Shown here: one piece after another, positions 37,609 through 46,633 of the stretch
How positions within the stretch are numbered: the stretch's first letter is position 1
How the letters are laid out: each line of letters begins with the position of its first letter
Origin: an uncultured Acidobacteriota bacterium
Lineage (GTDB): Bacteria; Acidobacteriota; Vicinamibacteria; Vicinamibacterales; Fen-181
Direction of reading: 5' to 3'
DNA length: 64,000 nucleotides
NCBI GenBank assembly: GCA_963727765.1
Contig: CAVSGZ010000010.1
Coordinates: 64,346-128,345 of the forward strand
Program-made: the position numbers and the translations under genes
The notes under the pieces: model-generated
Database searches by the model: none
The model's input: the letters and a program-made list of their open reading frames with translations, nothing else
Told to the model about the DNA's origin: nothing

Positions 37609-39135
37609 GTGGGCTATTCGTATCTGTACGTGATTCTGGCCTACCTGCTGGTGATGACCGGCTACAACATCTACCGGTCGAGGCAGGTGAAGTCGCAGGA
37701 CGACTTCATGGTGGCGGGGCGCAGCCTGTCGCTGACCAAGATGGTGTTCACGCTGGTCTGCACGTGGATCGGCTCGGGCACCTTCATCGCGGGCGCCGAG
37801 TACGCCTCCTACGCGGGGTGGAGCGCGATCTGGCAGCCGGCCGGCGCGTTTCTCGGCATCGCGATCATCTACTTCATCGCCGCCAGGATCCGGACGTTCG
37901 GGCAGTACACCGTGGGCGACATCCTCGAGGTGCGCTACGGCCGCTTCGCCCGTCTGTTCGGCGCGCTCGCGCTCATCATCGCGTTCACGACAATCGTCGC
38001 CTACCAGTTCCGCGCGGGCGGCTACATCCTGAACGTGATCACCGACGGCTACATCTCGCTCCAGGTCGGCCAGACGATCACCGCGTGCTTCGTCATCGGG
38101 TTCGTGACCATCGGCGGCATGGTGGCCGTGGCGCACACCGACCTGCCGAACGGCATCATCATCGTGTCGGCCTGCCTGTTGGCCGTGCCGTTCGTCATCG
38201 CGTCGGCCGGCGGCTGGGCGCATGCGCACGTCGTGCTCGACCCGGCCAAGTTCCAGGTGTTCGCCCAGGACTTCGGCAAGTACCCGGCGCTCAAGGGGCT
38301 GGCCTACTTCCTCTCGACGCTGCTGCTGCTGATGGGCGTGCAGTCGATGTACCAGAAGTTCTACTCGGCCAAGTCGCCCGCCGAAGCGAAGAAGGCCGTG
38401 GCGATCTGGATCGTGGGCACGATCGTCGTGGAGACGATCGTGATCGCCATCGCGGTCTACGCCTCGGTGTACAACATCGAGTTCCACAAGGCCTGGGACG
38501 GCCGGGCGCTGGTGCTCAACGCGGCGCGCTACATGGTGCCGTGGCCGGTGGGGGTGCTGCTGCTCGGCGCGGCGTGCGCCGTCGTGCTCTCGACGGGCAT
38601 GAACTACCTGCTCTCGTCGAGCTCGAACGTGATGCGCGACATCTACCAGGGGATGATCAACCCGAAGGCCGATCCGACCAAGATGGTGGCGCTGCAGAAG
38701 GTGTTCATCGTCGTGATGGGCTTCTGCGCGTTCCTGATGATCTTCGTCCCGACCGTCATGAAGTCGCAGATCTCGATCCTGCAGTACGCCTACTTCGCCT
38801 ACACGATGTACGGCGTGGCGGTGACGCCGGCGCTGTTCGCGGCGCTGACCTGGAGGCGGGCGACGTGGCAGGGAGGCCTGGCGTCGATCGTCGGCGGGGC
38901 GGTGGCGACCATCTTCTTCGAATTCGTGCTGAAGGCGATCGCGCCGGGGGTAATGGAGAGCGCGAACGGCCTGACCGGCGCCGCCGCGATGGCCTCGAAC
39001 TTCGGCGCCGACCCGTGGGGGATCCCGAGCATCTACCCGTCGGCGATCATCTCGATCGGGCTGCTCGTCGTCGTCAGCCTGTTGACGCCGAAGCCCGATC
39101 CGAAGACGCTGGAGCGGTTGTTCGGAAAATCCTAA
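37609..39135 (+). CDS. Sodium:solute symporter (SSS) family transporter
   Basis: 508 aa with about 13 TM segments and the SSS-typical N-terminus (...DDFMVAGRSLS...). GTG start. Confidence 0.8.
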   Translation: MGYSYLYVILAYLLVMTGYNIYRSRQVKSQDDFMVAGRSLSLTKMVFTLVCTWIGSGTFIAGAEYASYAGWSAIWQPAGAFLGIAIIYFIAARIRTFGQYTVGDILEVRYGRFARLFGALALIIAFTTIVAYQFRAGGYILNVITDGYISLQVGQTITACFVIGFVTIGGMVAVAHTDLPNGIIIVSACLLAVPFVIASAGGWAHAHVVLDPAKFQVFAQDFGKYPALKGLAYFLSTLLLLMGVQSMYQKFYSAKSPAEAKKAVAIWIVGTIVVETIVIAIAVYASVYNIEFHKAWDGRALVLNAARYMVPWPVGVLLLGAACAVVLSTGMNYLLSSSSNVMRDIYQGMINPKADPTKMVALQKVFIVVMGFCAFLMIFVPTVMKSQISILQYAYFAYTMYGVAVTPALFAALTWRRATWQGGLASIVGGAVATIFFEFVLKAIAPGVMESANGLTGAAAMASNFGADPWGIPSIYPSAIISIGLLVVVSLLTPKPDPKTLERLFGKS

Positions 39136-39395
39136 CCCTGGCTGAAGAAGAACTCTTCCATCGCGTGCGCCATCATGTCCTGGGCCTCTTTCTGCCAGGG
39201 CATCAGGCGGTACTCGTTCAGGAGCATCCGCATCCGGTCTTCCCACATCTTCCAGGCGCGCGCCGACACGTGCTCGTAGATCCGCTGGCCCAGCTCCCCG
39301 GGCCACGGCGGCTCGGCGAGCCCCGGCAGCTCGCGACCGAGCTTGACGCAATTCACCATCCGCTCGCCCGACGGCGTTCCGCTCGACGACTGCAT
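39132..39395 (-). CDS. yggX: Fe(II)-trafficking / oxidative damage protection protein YggX
   Basis: Conserved PGELGQRIYEHVS...W..W...MLLNEYRL pattern. ATG 39395 is preceded by GGAGG. Confidence 0.8.
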   Translation of the reverse strand: MQSSSGTPSGERMVNCVKLGRELPGLAEPPWPGELGQRIYEHVSARAWKMWEDRMRMLLNEYRLMPWQKEAQDMMAHAMEEFFFSQG

Positions 39396-39426
39396 GCTCA
39401 AGCCTCCACGTTTTCCTGATGGTATC

Positions 39427-39660
39427 ATGGCCCTTGTGAGCGACCTGGCCGCCATCGAACCCGAAACCCGCCACCGCGGGTGCTGGTACGGCCGTCGGAC
39501 CCCGCACTGGCGCGAGCCGTTGACGGTCCAGACGATCGAAGACGGCCAGCTCCTCTACTGCGCTCACCCGATGATGTTTCCGGTCGTGGGCTACGCGTTC
39601 GACGTCCGCAACTGCGCGGGCTGTGACGCGTTCAGGCCGCACCACACCCGCCGCCCGTAG
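39427..39660 (+). CDS. Small Cys-containing hypothetical protein (77 aa)
   Basis: Coding-like codon bias and four Cys, including CAGC. Family unknown. Start chosen at ATG 39427. Confidence 0.35.
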   Translation: MALVSDLAAIEPETRHRGCWYGRRTPHWREPLTVQTIEDGQLLYCAHPMMFPVVGYAFDVRNCAGCDAFRPHHTRRP

Positions 39661-39763
39661 ACCGATCGGCCGCCTCAGGCGTCTAAAGAGATAAGGGCGT
39701 GCGTATTTCGATGTCCCCAACGCATCAGGTCCCGGCATCTGCCGGATACCAGGGAGGTTAGCC

Positions 39764-40120
39764 GTGAGCGAAGGACGAAAGGAACGGCGCGGGTTCGCGT
39801 CGATGTCGCCGGACAAGCAGCGTGAGATAGCCAGCAAGGGCGGGCGGGCGGCGCACCAGAAGGGCACTGCCCACGAATGGACGTCGGACGAGGCGCGGAC
39901 GGCCGGCCGCAAGGGCGGCCAGATTAGTCGCGGCGGCCGCGGTCGGCTTCGCGAGTCGTCGGAGGGAATGGGCCACCCCGTGGGCAACCCCATGCCGTCG
40001 GCCTTCGGACCTCGGGTACCTGAGCAGCGCCTCGACGAACAGGGAATGCACGTGAGACCGCGCGCGGGCCGTTCGGCAATCAGTCGACGACCCGCGCAAC
40101 CTGCACGCGCGCGTCGTTGA
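39764..40120 (+). CDS. KGG-repeat general stress protein (YciG-like)
   Basis: Repeats SKGGRAAHQKG and RKGGQISRGG. GTG start preceded by AGGGAGG. The 3' end overlaps the convergent oxidoreductase gene by 41 nt, so the C-terminus is uncertain. Confidence 0.6.
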   Translation: MSEGRKERRGFASMSPDKQREIASKGGRAAHQKGTAHEWTSDEARTAGRKGGQISRGGRGRLRESSEGMGHPVGNPMPSAFGPRVPEQRLDEQGMHVRPRAGRSAISRRPAQPARARR

Positions 40121-42101
40121 AGCAGGCGCCGGCGCCGACGTCCGACAGGGTGTCGGGCGCCAGCGCTGTCGCGGTGGCGCGGTTCGTCGTGCTCGACCGC
40201 CAGAGCCCCTTGGGCAGAGCCACCGTGCCGGGCCTCACCGTCGGTTCGATCGACAGCTTGCACAGCACCTCGCCCAGCTCGTTGAATACCCTCACGTTCG
40301 CCCCTTCTTCCAGCCCTCGCGCGCGCGCATCGAGCGGATGCATCACCAGCGCCGCGTCCGGCCGGTCCAGCTCCCCGAGTGTCGAGCTGATCGTGCGGTC
40401 GCTGGCCGGCGAAATCAGCGCCAGCGGGTAGTCGGACGACCCCGGGTCGGGCAGAAAGCAGTAGAGACCGTGGGCCGACGACCGGTCGAGCTCCTCGGGA
40501 CAAAGGTGGATCTTCCCATCGGCCGTGCCGGGCACGACGTCGATCATCTGTACCGGCGCCTGTCCGCACGGCGGCACCGGCTGACGTTCGTTCCTGAGAT
40601 CGTCACCGAATGTCCCCGGCAGGCCGTCGAGCACCTGCAGCAGCGCCTCCAGCTCTCCCTGCGGCTCCTCGCCGTCGTCGAGGCCGAGGGCGGCCAGGAG
40701 GTGGCCGAACACCTCGGGATTCGACCGCGACTCGCCGACCGCGTCGATCGCGGGCTGCACGATCTGCAGGCTGAGCGGGCCGTACGCGCGCGCGATGTCG
40801 TAGGCTTCGAGAAACGTCGTCGCCGGCAGGACGACATCGGCGTACGACGCCGTGTCGGTCATCACCTGGTCGAAGACGACCGTGAACAGGTCGGTGCGCG
40901 AAAGTCCCCGGAGCACGAGGTTCTGGTTCGGGAGCGTCACCGCCGGGTTGCAGTTGTAGACGAACAGCAACTTCACGGGCGGCTTCGCGTCCCCGGTCAG
41001 AACCCGGCCCACGTGGTTCATGTTGACGATCCGCGTGGCCGGCTCGGGCTCGCCAATCCAGGTGCGCTCGATTCCCCAAGACGACGAGTTGCTCAGCGCG
41101 AACCCGCCTCCGCGCACACCGAACTTCCCGCCGACGGCGGGCAGTGCCAGGACCGCGGAGGCCGCGCTGCCGCCGTTCCTGTTCCGCTCGAGTCCCCAGC
41201 CGCACCGCACGAGCGCGGGCGAGGAGGTGGCGTACAGTTCGGCGAACTCCCGAAGCATCGAGGCCTGGATGCCGGCCACCGTCGCCGCGCGCTCGAACGT
41301 CCACTCGGCGGCGCGTTCGCGCAGCCGGTCGGCGCCGTCGGCGTGCGCGGCGAGGAAGGCCTGGTCCGCGGCGCCCGACTCGAACAGGTGACGATGGAGG
41401 GAGAGCGCCACCGCCAGATCGGTGCCCGGCGCGAGCGGCACGTGGAGGTCGGCGTCCCGGGCGAGCGGCGTCAGCCGGGGGTCCACCACCACGAGCTTCG
41501 CGCCCTCCTTGCGGGCGGCCTGGATGAACGGCACGAGATGGATGGACGACACCGACGGGTTTGCGCCCCAGATGACAATGAGCTTCGCGTGGGCGAAATC
41601 CTCGTAGGTCACCGACGGCATCTTCCCGTAGATCGCCGCCAGCGCGGCCCCGGTCGGCGCCGCACAGACATTGCGCGCCAGGCGCGAGGCCCCCAGCCGC
41701 CTGAACAGGCGCGCGTCGGTCGCATCCTGCGTCAGCAGGCCGTTCGACCCGCCGTAGCACAGTGGAAGGATCGCCTCGCCGCCGAACGTGTCGCGCGTTT
41801 CCCTGAGCCGCCCGGCGACCAGATCGATGGCCTCGTCCCAGGTGAGGCGCGAGAACGCCGCATTGCCCTTCGGCCCCACGCGCCCCATCGGATGTTGGAC
41901 CCTGGCCGCCCCATGCACCCGCTCGCCGAAGCGACGGACTTTCGCGCAGATGAACCCGCCGGTGACCGGGTTCCGCCGCGAACCATCGAGCGTGGTGACC
42001 CGGCCGGCGCTCGTCCTGACCTCCAAGCTGCAGGAGTCCGGGCAGTCGAGCGGGCAGGCGGTTTGGGTGACGTGGTCGTGCTTGGGGCGCGATGTGGCCA
42101 T
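40080..42101 (-). CDS. Molybdopterin (bis-MGD) oxidoreductase family protein
   Basis: N-terminal 4Fe-4S motif CPLDCPDSCSL...C, plus molybdopterin oxidoreductase and C-terminal dinucleotide-binding regions. Substrate not inferable. Confidence 0.8.
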   Translation of the reverse strand: MATSRPKHDHVTQTACPLDCPDSCSLEVRTSAGRVTTLDGSRRNPVTGGFICAKVRRFGERVHGAARVQHPMGRVGPKGNAAFSRLTWDEAIDLVAGRLRETRDTFGGEAILPLCYGGSNGLLTQDATDARLFRRLGASRLARNVCAAPTGAALAAIYGKMPSVTYEDFAHAKLIVIWGANPSVSSIHLVPFIQAARKEGAKLVVVDPRLTPLARDADLHVPLAPGTDLAVALSLHRHLFESGAADQAFLAAHADGADRLRERAAEWTFERAATVAGIQASMLREFAELYATSSPALVRCGWGLERNRNGGSAASAVLALPAVGGKFGVRGGGFALSNSSSWGIERTWIGEPEPATRIVNMNHVGRVLTGDAKPPVKLLFVYNCNPAVTLPNQNLVLRGLSRTDLFTVVFDQVMTDTASYADVVLPATTFLEAYDIARAYGPLSLQIVQPAIDAVGESRSNPEVFGHLLAALGLDDGEEPQGELEALLQVLDGLPGTFGDDLRNERQPVPPCGQAPVQMIDVVPGTADGKIHLCPEELDRSSAHGLYCFLPDPGSSDYPLALISPASDRTISSTLGELDRPDAALVMHPLDARARGLEEGANVRVFNELGEVLCKLSIEPTVRPGTVALPKGLWRSSTTNRATATALAPDTLSDVGAGACFNDARVQVARVVD

Positions 42102-42206
42102 GCACACAGTCTACGACAGCTGAATCCGACTTGCCGGAAACCTCCGGTGTGATTACGATTACGCGTTCCTCTGATCGGGCAGACGCGGCGACAGGAGGCC
42201 TGTGAC

Positions 42207-43677
42207 ATGCGACCGACACTGCGGATGCTGAGCGAATCACTGGTCGAGCAGATCATCGCGGAAGGGATGGCGCTCCTGCGCGAACCCGGTGTCCGCGTCC
42301 ACAACGAGGAGGCACGGCGGTTGCTGGCCGAGGCCGGCGCCGAGGTGGACCAGACGGCGCTGGTGGCGCGGATTCCCGAGCAGCTTGTTCTGCGGGCGCT
42401 CGAGACGACGGCGCACGAGTTCGATCTCTACACGCTCGACGGACAGCCGGTCGTGCACTACGGCGGTGACCAGGTCCACTTCGACCCCGGCTCGGCCGCC
42501 CTCGCGATTCTCGACCCCGAGACCAACCGCCAGCGGGTGCCGACGACCGCCGACTTCGTGCGGCTCGTGAAGCTCGTCGAGCAACTCCCGCAGATCGACG
42601 CGCAGAGCACGGCGATGGTCTGCGGCGACGTGGTCGCCGAGATCGGGGACCTCTACCGGCTCTACCTGGCGCTCAACTTCATGCGCAAGCCGATCGTGAC
42701 CGGCGCCTTCCGGACCGACACGTGGTGGGTGATGAAGCAGATGCTCTCCGCGGCCGCGGGTGGCGACGCCGCCCTGGCCGCGAAGCCGATTGCGGTGTTC
42801 GATGTCTGCCCGTCGCCGCCGCTGCTCTGGAGCGACCTGACGTGCCAGAACCTGATCGACTGCGCGCGGGCCGGCATCCCCGCCGAGCTCGTGTCGATGC
42901 CGCTCGCCGGTGCCACGGCCCCGGTCACGCTCGCCGCCGCCGTCGTCCAGCACACGGCCGAGTGCCTCAGCGGCATCGTCATCGGGCAGCTGGCGAAGAC
43001 GGGTGCCAAGGTCGTCTGGGGGGGCTCGCCAGCCGCGTTCGACATGCGGGAAGGCACCACGCCGATGGGCGACGTCGCCACATGGATGATCGACTGCGCT
43101 GTACGCACAGGTCGGCAAGCGCCTGGGCCTGCCGACGCACGCCTACCTCGGCATGAGCGACGCCAAGGTGATCGACGCGCAGTGCGGCATGGAGTCGGCG
43201 GGCGGCACGCTGCTCGGCGCGCTGGCGGGCGTCAACATGATCTCGGGCGCGGGCATGATGGACTTCGAGAGCTGCCAGAGCCTCGAGAAGCTGGTTCTCG
43301 ACGCCGAGATGATCGGCATGACCAAGCGCCTCCTGCGCGGGATCGAGCCGAGAGACGAACCGATCGCGCTGTCGTTGTTCAAGAAGCTCGGCCACCGCGC
43401 CGACTACCTGGCTGAACCGCACACGTTGAAGTGGTTCAGCAAGGAGCTGTACCTGCCGTCGCCGGTCATCGACCGGGCCACGACCGACGGGTGGCTGCGC
43501 AAGGGTGCGACGACGGCCGCCGAGCGCGCGGCTGAGAGGGTGCGCACCCTGGTGGCGTCGTACAGGCCAGTGCCGGTGTCCCGCGAGCTTCGCAAGGAAT
43601 TGCGCGATATAGCGACCGGCGCCGCGCGGCGGTTCGGGATGGAGGCGCTGCCGCCGCTTCCCGAGGCTCAGGGCTAA
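42207..43677 (+). pseudogene. MttB-superfamily (non-pyrrolysine) corrinoid-dependent methyltransferase, frame broken at about 43095-43101
   Basis: ORF 42207.. reads MttB-like up to ...GDVATWMIDCA. The continuation YAQVGKRLGLPTHAYLGMSDAKVIDAQ... lies in the frame of ORF 43153..43677. There is no in-frame TAG. Confidence 0.75.
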
Positions 43678-43755
43678 GGGCTCAGGCCCGGAGGCTCAGG
43701 GCTCAAGGGCGTCAGGCGTAGGTCGTAAGGCGTAAGGCGTAGGCCGTAAGGCCGG
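43665..43755. repeat. About 13 tandem heptamers: GGCTCAG/GGCTAAG/GGCTCAA, then GGCGTAG/GTCGTAA/GGCGTAA/GCCGTAA
   Basis: Read directly. The first units encode the last codons and the TAA stop of the methyltransferase. Plus-strand TAG/TAA occur at 43719, 43726, 43733, 43740 and 43747. Confidence 0.85.
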
Positions 43756-43772
43756 AGTTTCCTGGAGCAGAT

Positions 43773-44423
43773 ATGTCGACAGCACTTCTGGAGCGGATCG
43801 CAGCGAGCCTCGTCGACGGGGACCCCGACGCGACGGTGGCGGGCGTCAGGGAGGCCATGGCTGCCGGCGTCGAGCCGCTGACCATCATCAACGGCGCGCT
43901 CGTCGTCGGCATGCGCACGGTCGGCGACAAGTACGCCTCGGGGGAGTACTTCCTGCCGAACCTCATCGTGTCGGCCAACGGGATGAAGCAGGCCATGGCG
44001 CTGCTCGAACCCGAGCTGAAGGCGCGTCGCCAGGAACTCAAGTCGGCGGGCACGGTGGTCATCGGCACCGTGCGCGGCGACATTCACGAGATCGGCAAGT
44101 CGCTGGTCGCGACGATGCTTGCGGCCAACGGCTTCGAGGTCCACGACCTGGGCGTGGACGTGCCGGTCGACACCTTCGTCGCCCGCGTCAGGGATACCGG
44201 GGCCAACCTGGTGGGCCTGTCGGCGCTGCTGACGACGACGATGCACGGGCAGAAGGACGTCGTCGATGCGCTGTCGAAGGCCGGGCTGCGCGCCCAGGTG
44301 AAGGTGATGGTGGGCGGCGCGCCGGTGAGCCGGAAGTGGGCCGACGGAATCGGCGCCGACGGCTGGGCGCAGGATGCCGTGTCGGCGGTGGACCTGGCGA
44401 CCAAGCTGGTGGCCCAGTTGTAG
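43773..44423 (+). CDS. Corrinoid (B12-binding) protein, MtbC/MttC-like
   Basis: B12-binding DxHxxG motif (GDIHEIGK) and an N-terminal helical cap domain. Confidence 0.8.
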   Translation: MSTALLERIAASLVDGDPDATVAGVREAMAAGVEPLTIINGALVVGMRTVGDKYASGEYFLPNLIVSANGMKQAMALLEPELKARRQELKSAGTVVIGTVRGDIHEIGKSLVATMLAANGFEVHDLGVDVPVDTFVARVRDTGANLVGLSALLTTTMHGQKDVVDALSKAGLRAQVKVMVGGAPVSRKWADGIGADGWAQDAVSAVDLATKLVAQL

Positions 44424-44439
44424 GCCCAGTTTCCCCCCG

Positions 44440-45693
44440 ATGGACATCGCCATTGTCGGCGGCGGCGCTGCGGGGCTCGCCACCGCGATCTTCGCGGCAC
44501 GCCGTCTGCCCGGCGCGCAGATTGTCGTCTTCGACGGCGCCCGCCATCCCGGCGCGAAGATCCTTGTGAGCGGCGGCGGCCGCTGCAACGTGACCAACCG
44601 CGCGGTGACGGCGGCCGACTATTGGGGCGGCGACCGTCGCGTGATCGACAGCGTTCTGCGGGCCTTCCCGGCGGCCGACACGGCCGCGTTCTTCGACGAG
44701 ATCGGCGTGAGGCTGCACGAGGAGGAGGACGGCAAGCTGTTCCCCGACAGCGGCAGCGCCCGGATGGTCCTCCGCGCCCTGCTCGACGCGGCGGAGCGGG
44801 CCGGCGTGTTGCTGCTCTCCGGCCGTCGGGTCGAATCGGTCCGCCCGGCCGGCGCGGCCGGTTTCATCGTGCAGGGCGACCGCTGGTCCGAGCAGGCGCG
44901 ACTGGTCGTCCTCGCCACGGGCGGACTCTCGCTGCCCAAGACCGGAAGCGACGGCGGCGGCCTGGCCATGGCCGCCTCGCTCGGCCATCGCGTCGTCGCC
45001 ACCACGCCGGCGCTCGCACCGTTTGTGCTGGCGGGGACGTTTCACGCCGGCCTGGCCGGCGTGTCGCACGACGCGGCCATCTCGGTCGGCGGCGCCGGCA
45101 TGCGCGCGGTGACGGTCCAGGGCTCGCTGCTGTGGACGCACTTCGGTGCCAGCGGGCCGGCCGTCCTCGACGCGTCGCGCCACTGGCATCGCGCGAAGAT
45201 CGAGGGCCGCGACGTGGACGTGCGCCTGTCGTTCCTGCCGGCGCTCGACTTTGCGGGCGCGGAGCGCCTCCTGCTCGACGGCGCGGCGGGCAGACCCGCA
45301 GCGATGCTGCGGACGATCCTCGCGGAACACCTGCCGGTGGCAGTCGCCGCGCGCCTTCCCGGCGCGGTGGACCTTGATCCCGACATGCGGCTGGCGCGGC
45401 TCTCGCGCGAGGATCGACGCCGCCTCTCCCACGCGCTCGTGTCGTGGCCCTTGCAGGTGACCGGCAGTCGCGGATACAACTACGCGGAAGCGACGGCCGG
45501 GGGCGTGGCCCTCGACGAGATCAACCGCGGGACGATGGAATCGAGAGTGTGCCCGGGCCTCTACCTTGTCGGCGAGATGCTTGACGTCGACGGGCGGCTT
45601 GGCGGATTCAATTTCCAGTGGGCGTGGTCGGGCGCGTTCGTGGCGGCGCGCGGCCTCGCCCGTGCTGTCGAAGGAGAGCGACGCGATGGCTGA
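44440..45693 (+). CDS. HI0933/BaiN-like FAD-dependent oxidoreductase
   Basis: IVGGGAAGLATA dinucleotide fold, the LVSGGGRCNVTN motif, and the C-terminal GEMLDVDGRLGGFNFQWAW. Confidence 0.75.
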   Translation: MDIAIVGGGAAGLATAIFAARRLPGAQIVVFDGARHPGAKILVSGGGRCNVTNRAVTAADYWGGDRRVIDSVLRAFPAADTAAFFDEIGVRLHEEEDGKLFPDSGSARMVLRALLDAAERAGVLLLSGRRVESVRPAGAAGFIVQGDRWSEQARLVVLATGGLSLPKTGSDGGGLAMAASLGHRVVATTPALAPFVLAGTFHAGLAGVSHDAAISVGGAGMRAVTVQGSLLWTHFGASGPAVLDASRHWHRAKIEGRDVDVRLSFLPALDFAGAERLLLDGAAGRPAAMLRTILAEHLPVAVAARLPGAVDLDPDMRLARLSREDRRRLSHALVSWPLQVTGSRGYNYAEATAGGVALDEINRGTMESRVCPGLYLVGEMLDVDGRLGGFNFQWAWSGAFVAARGLARAVEGERRDG

Positions 45694-46576
45694 GCGAGAG
45701 ACGGTTGGATTCATTGGTCTGGGCCTGATGGGCAAGCCGATGGCCCTCAATCTCATCAAGGCGGGTTACCGGCTTATCGTCCATAGCCGGAGCCGTGGCC
45801 CGGTGGAGACACTGGAATTGGCCGGCGCGCGCGTGGCGGGCGCGCCGGCTGAGGTGGCACGCGAGGCGACGGTGGTCATCACGATGGTCCCCGACACGCC
45901 GGACGTCGAGCTGGTGCTCGCGGGGCCGAACGGCGTGTTCGAGGGGGTGCGAAAGGGCGCGGTCCTTATCGACATGAGTACGATCTCGCCGGTAGTGACG
46001 CGGCGACTGGCCGCCCAGGCGGCCGAGCACGGCGCCACGCTGCTCGACGCCCCGGTCAGCGGGGGCGACATCGGTGCGATCAACGGCACGCTGTCGATCA
46101 TGGTGGGTGGCGACGCGGCGGCGCTCGAGCGGGTGAGGCCGATCCTCAACGCGATGGGCAACCCCGAGCGCGTCGTCCACATCGGCGAATCGGGCGCGGG
46201 ACAGATCTGCAAGGTCTGCAACCAGATGGCGATCGGCGGCGCCTTGGCCGCGGTCAGCGAGCTGATGGCGCTCGCGACCAAGGCGGGCGTGGACCCGGCG
46301 AAGGTGCGCCAGGCGCTGCTCGGCGGCTTCGCGGCCAGCCGCGTGCTCGAGGTCCACGGCCAGCGCATACTCGAGAAGAACTACAAGCCGGGCTTCCGGG
46401 CCGGCCTTTACCACAAGGACATGGGCATCGCGATGGAGACCGCGCGGTCGTGCGGCGTGCCGACCCCGGTGAGCGCCGTGGTGGCGCAGCTGGTGGGCGC
46501 CATGATCGCGTCGGGGCACGGAGACGACGATTATTCGGGGCTCGCGCAGGTGCTGTTCGAGATGGCGAGGGTATAG
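45686..46576 (+). CDS. 3-hydroxyisobutyrate / tartronate semialdehyde reductase family NAD(P)-dependent dehydrogenase
   Basis: GFIGLGLMGKPMALNL Rossmann motif and family-typical length. The ATG overlaps the upstream stop. Confidence 0.8.
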   Translation: MAERETVGFIGLGLMGKPMALNLIKAGYRLIVHSRSRGPVETLELAGARVAGAPAEVAREATVVITMVPDTPDVELVLAGPNGVFEGVRKGAVLIDMSTISPVVTRRLAAQAAEHGATLLDAPVSGGDIGAINGTLSIMVGGDAAALERVRPILNAMGNPERVVHIGESGAGQICKVCNQMAIGGALAAVSELMALATKAGVDPAKVRQALLGGFAASRVLEVHGQRILEKNYKPGFRAGLYHKDMGIAMETARSCGVPTPVSAVVAQLVGAMIASGHGDDDYSGLAQVLFEMARV

Positions 46577-46584
46577 GCCAGCAG

Positions 46585-46633
46585 GGCTCATGGCTCAGGG
46601 CTCAAGGCTCAAGCAAAGAGGCTCAGGGCAATG
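46585..46633. repeat. Tandem heptamers GGCTCAT GGCTCAG GGCTCAA GGCTCAA GCAAAGA GGCTCAG GGCAATG
   Basis: Same unit family as 43665-43706. It gives minus-strand TGAs every 7 nt, and the last unit contains the ATG of the next gene. Confidence 0.85.

Noticed and set aside
39661-39763. Relatively AT-richer spacer upstream of the KGG gene as a riboswitch or small RNA
   Set aside because: I could not find a conserved riboswitch core, a convincing hairpin-terminator pair or a promoter consensus. It is probably just a promoter and 5' UTR region.
40080-40120. 41-nt convergent overlap of the KGG stress protein and the molybdopterin oxidoreductase 3' ends as a regulatory antisense feature
   Set aside because: The more likely explanation is that the KGG ORF's true C-terminus is shorter, or that stops are simply rare in this GC-rich DNA. 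No structure or motif supports a function.
36283-40569. 1,428-codon minus-strand ORF
   Set aside because: It runs antisense through the M24 peptidase and SSS transporter genes, straight across the heptamer-repeat spacer, and over genes on both strands. It has no domain-like sequence and is a compositional artefact.
42207-43677. Pyrrolysine (in-frame TAG) or selenocysteine (TGA) recoding in the MttB-like and molybdopterin enzyme genes
   Set aside because: No in-frame TAG or TGA interrupts either gene. The only disruption in the MttB-like gene is a frame shift, not a stop codon.
43665-43755. Possible CRISPR array, suggested by the short direct repeats here and at 1846, 37524 and 46585
   Set aside because: The units are only 7-8 nt and are contiguous with no spacers, and no cas genes are present. 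These are microsatellite-like tandem repeats, not CRISPR.
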